A DNA stretch of 45,108 nt from a virus (lineage: Duplodnaviria; Caudoviricetes): positions 1 to 45,108 of the IMG/VR virus record IMGVR_UViG_3300012942_000014. One strand, written 5' to 3'. Below the pieces are notes generated by a model. It saw nothing but the letters and a program-made list of their open reading frames with translations. It was not told the origin of the DNA and searched no databases. The number at the start of each line of letters is the position of its first letter. Within the stretch, counting starts at the first letter, position 1. Below, piece after piece: positions 1 through 5,513 of the stretch. A program made the translations under genes and the position numbers.

Positions 1-119
1 ACCCTACAACCAGCTTTTGATTATTATGCCGACCATAGTACACCTTTCGATGCGTGTCACAGGGATTAGCCGTGCGTAGCAACTTATTATCCTACTGCCG
101 GGCAAACCTTAGTTGGTTA
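1..119. repeat. Terminal direct repeat (identical to 44990-45108); circular-assembly overlap
   Basis: accctacaac...agttggtta occurs identically at both ends. Confidence 0.95.
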
Positions 120-149
120 AATTGTTAATGTACTTTCTGTACTATATCT

Positions 150-178
150 AGTGTATCACAGATAAATACATTTGTCAA
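150..178 (-). promoter_or_regulatory. sigma70-type promoter driving the ORF-free structured RNA region across the contig junction
   Basis: TTGACA-17-TACACT with TGn extended -10. Confidence 0.8.
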
Positions 179-187
179 TAGTTTTCT

Positions 188-526
188 TTATTTTTGCCTC
201 ACAATAAGATTTATAACGCCTAGATTACACTCTTGTATATCATCTACAGCTATATCCATCCGTGGTACAGTAGGGTCAAACTTAGCCAATGCTCTTACGA
301 AGGTCTTACCATACTTGTCTTGGTATTCCCTCATAACCTGCTCAGCATACTTCTGACCGCCTCCAGACCAGATATAGCAACGTATATTCTTGAACCTTGA
401 TAAGGTATGTGCTAGGTTGCAGACATCCTCATTCCAGACGATTCTAGAAGTATCACGATGAGCATACTTTCTTTTACTGCTCCTTAGCGTCCCATCTATA
501 TCGAATGCTACATTTATCTTGTCCAT
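188..526 (-). CDS. HAD-superfamily phosphatase, directly downstream of the tRNA array
   Basis: FDIDGTL motif I, WSGGG motif II, VDD motif IV; start at MDKIN after AAGGA RBS (the ORF-track upstream extension overlaps tRNA-Phe). Confidence 0.75.
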   Translation of the reverse strand: MDKINVAFDIDGTLRSSKRKYAHRDTSRIVWNEDVCNLAHTLSRFKNIRCYIWSGGGQKYAEQVMREYQDKYGKTFVRALAKFDPTVPRMDIAVDDIQECNLGVINLIVRQK

Positions 527-540
527 ATAATCCTTTCCTT

Positions 541-617
541 TGGTGTCCTCGGTAAGTTTCGAACTCACGACCTCCTGGGCTTCAACCAGGCGCTCTCACC
601 ATCTGAGCTACAAGGAC
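541..617 (-). tRNA. trnF: tRNA-Phe(GAA)
   Basis: Cloverleaf, anticodon arm CCTGG-TTGAAGC-CCAGG, encoded CCA. Confidence 0.95.
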
Positions 618-621
618 TAAT

Positions 622-711
622 TGGTGGTAGGACTGGGATTCGAACCCAGGGTGGCTTGCACCACTCTTGTTTTCAAGACAAGTGCACTCGGCCAGACTAT
701 GCGACCCTACC
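622..711 (-). tRNA. trnS: tRNA-Ser(TGA)
   Basis: CTTGT-CTTGAAA-ACAAG, long variable arm, CCA. Confidence 0.95.
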
Positions 712-714
712 TTA

Positions 715-789
715 TGGTTCCGGTGCTAGGACTCAAACCTAGATAACAAGGCTCAGAACCTTGCGTCCTATCAATTAGACGACTCCGGA
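715..789 (-). tRNA. trnQ: tRNA-Gln(CTG)
   Basis: CAAGG-TTCTGAG-CCTTG; T-loop TTTGAGT; CCA. Confidence 0.9.
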
Positions 790-793
790 TTAT

Positions 794-869
794 TGGTTCT
801 CAGGGAACGGTTCGAACGTTCGACATTCAGGTTCAAAGCCTGACGACTCTACCACTGGTCTACCTGAGA
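794..869 (-). tRNA. trnQ: tRNA-Gln(TTG)
   Basis: TCAGG-CTTTGAA-CCTGA; CCA. Confidence 0.92.
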
Positions 870-896
870 TTATTTTGTACGCCAGTGAAGCTGGCT

Positions 897-982
897 TGGA
901 GGAGGGCTACGGTACCGACCCGTATGGAGTGACCCACGTACACCTTAGCACGATGTCCTCAGACCTTCTGAGTTAACCCTCC
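897..982 (-). tRNA. trnS: tRNA-Ser(GCT), atypical T-loop
   Basis: ACATC-GTGCTAA-GGTGT, long variable region, T-arm TACGG-GTCGGTA-CCGTA, TCCA end. Confidence 0.8.
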
Positions 983-1188
983 AGGCTCTTTATACCTAGG
1001 AGTTCAAAGACTCTTCTGTGGTAGTCTCCCTTTCTCTTTGTTTCTCCAGTGTCTCTGTAGGTAAGGAGCACTGGAACTCCTGCTATGTCACATTTCCTGG
1101 TGAACTTTCCATCTACTATAGAACTAGATTTAATCCCGTAGATGGTACCAGCCATACCAAGTCCTCTGATGAGTACAATCTCCCACAT
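973..1188 (-). CDS. Hypothetical protein inserted in tRNA array
   Basis: 71-aa ORF with AGGGAGG RBS filling the gap between tRNA-Trp and tRNA-Ser. Confidence 0.55.
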   Translation of the reverse strand: MWEIVLIRGLGMAGTIYGIKSSSIVDGKFTRKCDIAGVPVLLTYRDTGETKRKGDYHRRVFELLGIKSLEG

Positions 1189-1257
1189 TTAACTGCAACC
1201 TCCCTTCTTATACAATATGCTTCCTTTCTAACCTAGACAGCTAGTCAGGCTAAGTCT

Positions 1258-1329
1258 TGGCAGACCTGGTAGGTAACGCTCCCACAGCTAGAGGGTTTGG
1301 AATCCTCCGCAGCACTTTGCCTCAAGTCC
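1258..1329 (-). tRNA. trnW: tRNA-Trp(CCA), short D-arm and atypical T-loop
   Basis: GAGGA-TTCCAAA-CCCTC; T-arm GTGGG-AGCGTTA-CCTAC; GCCA end. Confidence 0.8.
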
Positions 1330-1333
1330 GTAT

Positions 1334-1431
1334 TGGTGAATCCGTTGGGAGTCTAACCCAAACTCCATACCTCTTTTCACAAGCACAACCAGGTTACTTT
1401 GACTGTATGGAACTGCACAGTTATCGGACTC
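1334..1431 (-). ncRNA. 98-nt tRNA-like / mini-tmRNA (TLD-only)-like RNA
   Basis: Acceptor GAGTCCG/CGGATTC with G3.U70, ACCA end, T-arm TTGGG-TTAGACT-CCCAA, 8-bp stem TTCCATAC/GTATGGAG enclosing a 34-nt loop instead of a 7-nt anticodon loop. Confidence 0.7.
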
Positions 1432-1434
1432 ATA

Positions 1435-1509
1435 TGGTGGGTTCTGAAGGAATCGAACCTTCATGGATTGGTTAAGAGCCAACTATTCTAGCCGTTGAAC
1501 TAAGAACCC
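1435..1509 (-). tRNA. trnK: tRNA-Lys(CTT)
   Basis: GTTGG-CTCTTAA-CCAAT; CCA. Confidence 0.93.
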
Positions 1510-1737
1510 GTGATTACATTTGCCCACTGCTCTCGTAGTAAGGGCACAGTTGGTACAGTATATTCTTACATAGTTGCCGTACTTTACTGGTATGAAGAGG
1601 TCTAGCATCTCATCACAGCAGAAGCATCTAGGTCTACCATACTCGTTCTTATATTCGGCTATGAAGTTACGATTGAGTAACCCTGGCTTTACTATAACAC
1701 GTGCTGGTAGACTAGAACTATGTCTTATTATACTCAT
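1483..1737 (-). CDS. Small Zn-ribbon protein within tRNA array
   Basis: CFCC...CTNC motifs; AAGGA RBS just after the tRNA-Ala CCA; 3' end overlaps tRNA-Lys. Confidence 0.55.
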   Translation of the reverse strand: MSIIRHSSSLPARVIVKPGLLNRNFIAEYKNEYGRPRCFCCDEMLDLFIPVKYGNYVRIYCTNCALTTRAVGKCNHGFLVQRLE

Positions 1738-1747
1738 ACTTTCCTTT

Positions 1748-1822
1748 TGGTGGAGTAACAGTGAATCGAACACTGATGAATACCTTGCAAAGGTATCATA
1801 ATAACCGTTATATGATTACCCC
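1748..1822 (-). tRNA. trnA: tRNA-Ala(TGC)
   Basis: ATACC-TTTGCAA-GGTAT; G3.U70; CCA. Confidence 0.93.
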
Positions 1823-1827
1823 AATAT

Positions 1828-1903
1828 TGGTGACCGCGCCAGGCATTGAACCCGGTTCTCTACCTTGAGAGGGTAGTGTCCTAACCGTATAGACGATGCA
1901 GCC
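1828..1903 (-). tRNA. trnE: tRNA-Glu(CTC)
   Basis: CTACC-CTCTCAA-GGTAG; CCA. Confidence 0.92.
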
Positions 1904-1908
1904 ATGCT

Positions 1909-1982
1909 TGGTGCACACTGAGTGAGTCGAACACTCGACATCTGATTGGAAGTCAGATATTTTACCGCTAAACTAAGCGTGC
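1909..1982 (-). tRNA. trnG: tRNA-Gly(TCC)
   Basis: TCTGA-CTTCCAA-TCAGA; CCA. Confidence 0.93.
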
Positions 1983-1988
1983 ATGATT

Positions 1989-2064
1989 TGGTGCTACCCT
2001 TCGGATTCGAACCGAAACCTGAGGGCTTAGAACACCCTTGTACTATCCGTTATACTAAGGTAGC
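1989..2064 (-). tRNA. trnR: tRNA-Arg(TCT)
   Basis: AGGGT-GTTCTAA-GCCCT; CCA. Confidence 0.9.
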
Positions 2065-2068
2065 GTAT

Positions 2069-2146
2069 TGGTGGCCCCAGTAAGATTCGAACTTACACTT
2101 TACAGGGTTTAGGTCTGTTGCCTCTGCCTAATTGGGCTATAGGGCC
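2069..2146 (-). tRNA. trnL: tRNA-Leu(TAA), short variable arm, C33
   Basis: ACAGA-CCTAAAC-CCTGT; Leu-type D-loop GGCAGAGGC; CCA. Confidence 0.8.
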
Positions 2147-2220
2147 TGGAACCCCGAGAGGGAATCGAACCCTCGAAAGCAGTTTTGCGGGCTGCCGGGT
2201 AGCCATTCCCCATTCGAGGT
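2147..2220 (-). tRNA. trnC: tRNA-Cys(GCA), C33
   Basis: GCAGC-CCGCAAA-ACTGC; U73 discriminator; CCA. Confidence 0.85.
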
Positions 2221-2230
2221 ATATTATCTT

Positions 2231-2317
2231 TGGTACCGTTTGAGGGAATCGCACCCACTCGACCCAGGGGGACTTGTTTTACAGACAAGCGTGCCTTCTT
2301 TAACACATTAAAACGGC
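2231..2317 (-). tRNA. trnY: tRNA-Tyr(GTA)
   Basis: CTTGT-CTGTAAA-ACAAG; long variable region; atypical T-arm; CCA. Confidence 0.85.
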
Positions 2318-2319
2318 TC

Positions 2320-2396
2320 TGGTGCCTCCCGAGAGATTCGAACTCTCACTGACGTGGTTCTAAGCCACGGTCCTCTGCCAGTTGGGATAGAGAGGC
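2320..2396 (-). tRNA. trnL: tRNA-Leu(TAG), short variable arm
   Basis: CGTGG-CTTAGAA-CCACG; CCA. Confidence 0.9.
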
Positions 2397-2403
2397 ATAT
2401 TCT

Positions 2404-2480
2404 TGGTCAGAGTAGCAGGACTCGAACCTGCGTTCTCTATGTTCCAAACATAGCGGATTAACCAGCTTTCCTATACTCTG
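2404..2480 (-). tRNA. trnP: tRNA-Pro(TGG)
   Basis: CTATG-TTTGGAA-CATAG; C1-G72; CCA. Confidence 0.93.
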
Positions 2481-2482
2481 AT

Positions 2483-2557
2483 TGGTCCCCACGAGACGGC
2501 TCAAACGTCTGATACAGAGTCAACAGCTCTGCGTGTTATCAACTACACTACACGGGG
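2483..2557 (-). tRNA. trnN: tRNA-Asn(GTT), G37
   Basis: CAGAG-CTGTTGA-CTCTG; T-loop TTTGAGC; CCA. Confidence 0.85.
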
Positions 2558-2563
2558 TTGTTT

Positions 2564-2639
2564 TGGGGTGCCCAACTGGTATTGCGCCAGTGTCTCCTCC
2601 TTCACAGGGAGGCGTGGTGACTTCTCCACTATAGACACC
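2564..2639 (-). tRNA. trnH: tRNA-His(GTG)
   Basis: G-1:C73; CCTCC-CTGTGAA-GGAGG; T-loop CGCAATA. Confidence 0.88.
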
Positions 2640-2642
2640 ATA

Positions 2643-2717
2643 TGGTCCCGACAACCAGAATTGAACTGGTGACTTAAGCCTGACAAGCTAATGTTATAAC
2701 CACTTAACTATGCCGGG
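2643..2717 (-). tRNA. trnD: tRNA-Asp(GTC)
   Basis: TTAGC-TTGTCAG-GCTTA; CCA; A73. Confidence 0.85.
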
Positions 2718-2721
2718 TTAC

Positions 2722-2797
2722 TGGTGCTCACAGTCGGATTCAAACCGACGTTCCCATGGCTGAAAACCAAGTATCCTAATCACTAGATGATGTGAGC
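2722..2797 (-). tRNA. trnE: tRNA-Glu(TTC)
   Basis: CTTGG-TTTTCAG-CCATG; T-loop TTTGAAT; CCA. Confidence 0.88.
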
Positions 2798-2800
2798 GTT

Positions 2801-2874
2801 TGGAGCTGGATTAGGGTGCCGCCCCCTAGTCGGTAGTTTACAAAACTACTGCTCTACTGTTGAGCTAAACCAGC
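2801..2874 (-). tRNA. trnT: tRNA-Thr(TGT), atypical T-loop
   Basis: GTAGT-TTTGTAA-ACTAC; T-arm TAGGG-GGCGGCA-CCCTA; TCCA. Confidence 0.85.
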
Positions 2875-2883
2875 GAATATATT

Positions 2884-2958
2884 TGGTGTCTCGATAAGGA
2901 TTTGAACCTTAACTAATAGTTTCGAAGACTAGTGTGCTATCCATTACACTATCAAGAC
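2884..2958 (-). tRNA. trnR: tRNA-Arg(TCG)
   Basis: CTAGT-CTTCGAA-ACTAT; CCA. Confidence 0.9.
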
Positions 2959-2961
2959 TTA

Positions 2962-3037
2962 TGGTAGCACCTAAAGGATTCGAACCTTTGACCGCCTCTG
3001 TGTAAAAGAGGAACTCTAGCCACTGAGTTAAGGTGCT
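2962..3037 (-). tRNA. trnV: tRNA-Val(TAC)
   Basis: CCTCT-TTTACAC-AGAGG; CCA. Confidence 0.93.
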
Positions 3038-3040
3038 TCA

Positions 3041-3115
3041 TGGTAAGGGATAAAGGAGTTGAACCTTTGTTGGCACTGTATAAGAATGCTGTCCTAACCG
3101 TTGGACGAATCCCTA
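3041..3115 (-). tRNA. trnI: tRNA with TAT anticodon (Ile-UAU), U1xU72 mismatch
   Basis: GCATT-CTTATAC-AGTGC; acceptor TAGGGAT/ATCCCTT; CCA. Confidence 0.85.
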
Positions 3116-3119
3116 TTAT

Positions 3120-3193
3120 TGGTCGGCTACCAAGGTAATGCTCCTCGGCCTTCTGTGTATCGGACAGATGCTCTACTTTTAAGCTAGTAGCCG
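3120..3193 (-). tRNA. trnI: tRNA-Ile(GAT), C33, atypical T-loop
   Basis: TCTGT-CCGATAC-ACAGA; T-arm CGAGG-AGCATTA-CCTTG; CCA. Confidence 0.82.
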
Positions 3194-3196
3194 TTA

Positions 3197-3272
3197 TGGT
3201 GCACCCTGTAGGAGTTGAACCTACTCTGTACTGCTTAAAAGGCAGTTGCCTTGACCGTTCGGCATAGGATGC
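3197..3272 (-). tRNA. trnK: tRNA-Lys(TTT)
   Basis: ACTGC-CTTTTAA-GCAGT; CCA. Confidence 0.9.
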
Positions 3273-3278
3273 TAAACT

Positions 3279-3353
3279 TGGTTGCTCCCCCCAGAGTTGC
3301 ACTGGGTCCTGAACCTTATGAGGGTTCCGAGATTACTGATTCTCCAGGGAGCA
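3279..3353 (-). tRNA. trnM: tRNA-Met(CAT)
   Basis: GAACC-CTCATAA-GGTTC; T-loop TGCAACT; CCA; lacks the initiator GGG/CCC anticodon stem. Confidence 0.85.
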
Positions 3354-3384
3354 ATATAGGCCAGGTATCTCTACCTGACCTATT

Positions 3385-3412
3385 ATTGTACACACATTTA
3401 TACTGGTGTCAA
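3385..3412 (-). promoter_or_regulatory. Promoter of tRNA operon, followed by a strong hairpin (~3356-3383)
   Basis: TTGACA-16-TACAAT; then ATAGGTCAGGTA-GAGA-TACCTGGCCTAT before tRNA-Met. Confidence 0.7.
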
Positions 3413-4149
3413 GCGTAGATGAACCCTATAAAGGAACTTATTGACCTAGTGTCGTAATGTACGACTCCTAGTCCGCCATTATAATTCATCTCAGACAGGT
3501 TTACTGTACCATTCCCATTTACGGAAGTTACTACCACAACGTGTCCTACTTGAACGCCTATAGAGCCTGCAACTGGAATACTACTTACGGTGAAGCCAGA
3601 TGCCGAAGCATTGACTAACCAGGAGTATCCAGCGTCTCCCCAGTAGCCTCCAATGTCAGGTTTAACATTCTTGACATACCAGGTACAGTTACCCCACGCA
3701 TACCCGTTAGATGAGTAGTTACTCGTCTTTTGGGCTATCGTCCCATATAGAGGCTCTGATGAGCTCACAGGGGCATATATAGCGGGTCTATCCTGTAGAG
3801 ATTCTGACTCTGTTGGTATAGTGACTACATCCCCGACGTTTATGATGTCCTGGTTATGTAGCTGTGTGTTCTTATCCCATAATCGCTGCCAGGTCGTATT
3901 GAACTGTTCTGCGATAGAAGTAAGACTGTCTCCTTCTTGCACCGTATAAGTCATAATCTTGGGTACCTTCTCTACTACTTTTGGAGTAGTACTATCTTTG
4001 GCAGGCTCCTTGATAACGAATGGACTGTCTGTGCTTCTTACTAATAAATTAGTTGTAGGGGTCGTATCCAGTAAGCTTAGGGCACTTGCCTGGGTGGGAA
4101 CCAATAGTGCGATGCCTATAGATACTAATAGTTTGAGTTTATAGCTCAT
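3409..4149 (-). CDS. Secreted LysM + CHAP peptidoglycan hydrolase
   Basis: Signal peptide (..TQASA|L), LysM (YTVQEGDSLTSIA...INVGDVVTIP), CHAP (YAWGNCTWYV, GHVVVV, LSEMNY). Confidence 0.9.
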   Translation of the reverse strand: MSYKLKLLVSIGIALLVPTQASALSLLDTTPTTNLLVRSTDSPFVIKEPAKDSTTPKVVEKVPKIMTYTVQEGDSLTSIAEQFNTTWQRLWDKNTQLHNQDIINVGDVVTIPTESESLQDRPAIYAPVSSSEPLYGTIAQKTSNYSSNGYAWGNCTWYVKNVKPDIGGYWGDAGYSWLVNASASGFTVSSIPVAGSIGVQVGHVVVVTSVNGNGTVNLSEMNYNGGLGVVHYDTRSISSFIGFIYA

Positions 4150-4175
4150 TATTTCGCCCAGTCTGGTCTAGGCTT

Positions 4176-4541
4176 TTATTCTTCTCCAGTTAAGGTTTCT
4201 ATGGTGACGCTACCATCTATGCCCCAGACTTTAGTGGCACAAACGTCATAAATATAGCTGTCATCATCACATAACGAATCTTGTACTGCTTTTTGTAAGT
4301 TGTCGATGTCCGGCTTCTGTTGATGAGGCTTTCCCTCCATCAATAACCTTTTCTTATTGGACCACGACTTTGGTATAGGCATAACAAACTTCAAGCGTAA
4401 TCTCTCTGGGACCTCTCGCTCACCCCATGCGGACTTTAATACGTCTCGATATTCAAAGTATCGTATGACTGCTGGGCGTCGTGCCCACCTATCTCGCTTG
4501 GTCATCCTTGGAGCGGGTACTGGAGTAACGCTGATTTTCAT
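4176..4541 (-). CDS. rusA: RusA-like Holliday junction resolvase
   Basis: KPDIDNLQKAVQDSL..DDSYI motif. Confidence 0.9.
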   Translation of the reverse strand: MKISVTPVPAPRMTKRDRWARRPAVIRYFEYRDVLKSAWGEREVPERLRLKFVMPIPKSWSNKKRLLMEGKPHQQKPDIDNLQKAVQDSLCDDDSYIYDVCATKVWGIDGSVTIETLTGEE

Positions 4542-4643
4542 TATACCACAATCTCTAATTCGTCAAATGTGTCTACGTCTTCTGGTACTAATAGCTTGAT
4601 TCTGCTCATCTTATAATCCTTTCTTAGAGTATATCAGACTCCC

Positions 4644-4925
4644 TTATAGGTCTAAAGTTCGTCGTAGCTCTTTCTCGGTTTCCGATACCTTAGGAGCTAC
4701 TTTTTTACTACCTTTCAAACGGTTGCATAACACGTGTGTAGCCTGGAGGTTTTTCTTATCGACAAGTCTTTCCCCTAGGCGACCTTCCACGTGGTCAACT
4801 TCCATATCCGTGTAGTGAACTGGCAAACCACAGATGCCACAGCAGAAAAATCCAGCGTGGTCTGGCCTATTCTCCTCTAAGAACTCTTTTCTAGTCTTAA
4901 GCCAAATCTTACTTCTTTTGCCCAT
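4644..4925 (-). CDS. Small HNH endonuclease
   Basis: CGICG, EVDHV, NLQATHVLCNRLKG. Confidence 0.85.
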   Translation of the reverse strand: MGKRSKIWLKTRKEFLEENRPDHAGFFCCGICGLPVHYTDMEVDHVEGRLGERLVDKKNLQATHVLCNRLKGSKKVAPKVSETEKELRRTLDL

Positions 4926-5355
4926 ATTGCTTCAGGTTATTCATTCTTCCATCTGACAACATATGACATCTTCTACATAGCCACTCCCAGTTACAAAGGT
5001 CCCTATTGTAGATTCCTTTATTGGCCAGGTCCAGCGGTGGTACTTTCTTGCACATATTACACAGAGCTGGCTTTGGGAGCCTTGACTTCACCCATTTGTG
5101 TAGAGGAAAATACTTTACGCTATCGCCAACCCACATAGGGTTTTTCTCGGCTAGTTTTGTTTCTGATTTGGTTCGTATAGGAACACCCATTTTGCGTAAC
5201 ATGTGTATGACATAGTTACTAGACGTTCCAAACTTGCTAGCTATTTCAGTTGAGTTTATTCCTGATGTGTACATCACGGCCCAACTTTCTATATCAGCCT
5301 TACTATACTTAAGGTTCTTTTTTGAGAACTTTGAATGGTGGTAAGTGTATCTCAT
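4909..5355 (-). CDS. HTH + HNH-like (homing-type) endonuclease, leaderless
   Basis: HTH (EIASKFGTS), NPMWVG, LHKWV, CNMC, NWEWLCRRCH; ATG 6 nt after the -10 box. Confidence 0.75.
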   Translation of the reverse strand: MRYTYHHSKFSKKNLKYSKADIESWAVMYTSGINSTEIASKFGTSSNYVIHMLRKMGVPIRTKSETKLAEKNPMWVGDSVKYFPLHKWVKSRLPKPALCNMCKKVPPLDLANKGIYNRDLCNWEWLCRRCHMLSDGRMNNLKQYGQKK

Positions 5356-5361
5356 ACTAGT

Positions 5362-5390
5362 AGTATACCACACTCACCACCAAAAGTCAA
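5362..5390 (-). promoter_or_regulatory. Promoter of the inserted endonuclease cassette
   Basis: TTGACT-17-TATACT with TGn. Confidence 0.75.
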
Positions 5391-5478
5391 CGCCACAGAT
5401 GTAATACCCTTGATGATTTGGTGGATTTTCGAGAACCCACGCTCTTCTTGTTCTGAGCCATTCTCGGGTACGATTCAT
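5374..5478 (-). pseudogene. Truncated N-terminal paralog of the HNH at 4644-4925
   Basis: MNRTREWLRTRRAWVLENPPNHQGYYICG-VDFWW* aligns with WLKTRKEFLEENRPDHAGFFCCG. Confidence 0.75.
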
Positions 5479-5513
5479 CTAGCTACGGAATAGTTTTCGA
5501 AGAAGTCTATTCC

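Noticed and set aside
1-119. 119-bp terminal repeat as a biological DTR
   Set aside because: It cuts through the middle of a structured RNA, and its length matches a common assembler k-mer; most likely a circular-assembly overlap
2069-2146. Amber suppressor (CUA) reading of the tRNA-Leu anticodon loop / stop-codon recoding
   Set aside because: The symmetric 7-nt loop places TAA at 34-36, and long genes are intact in code 11 with TAG and TGA used as stops
2109-3302. ORF-track proteins 2109-2306 and 2952-3302 (also 1288-1482, 1257-1475)
   Set aside because: They overlap consecutive tRNA genes; these are translation artefacts
541-3353. Periodic TGGT...TTCGAACC pattern as a CRISPR or tandem repeat array
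   Set aside because: The periodicity is explained by tRNA CCA ends and T-arms; there are no identical repeats
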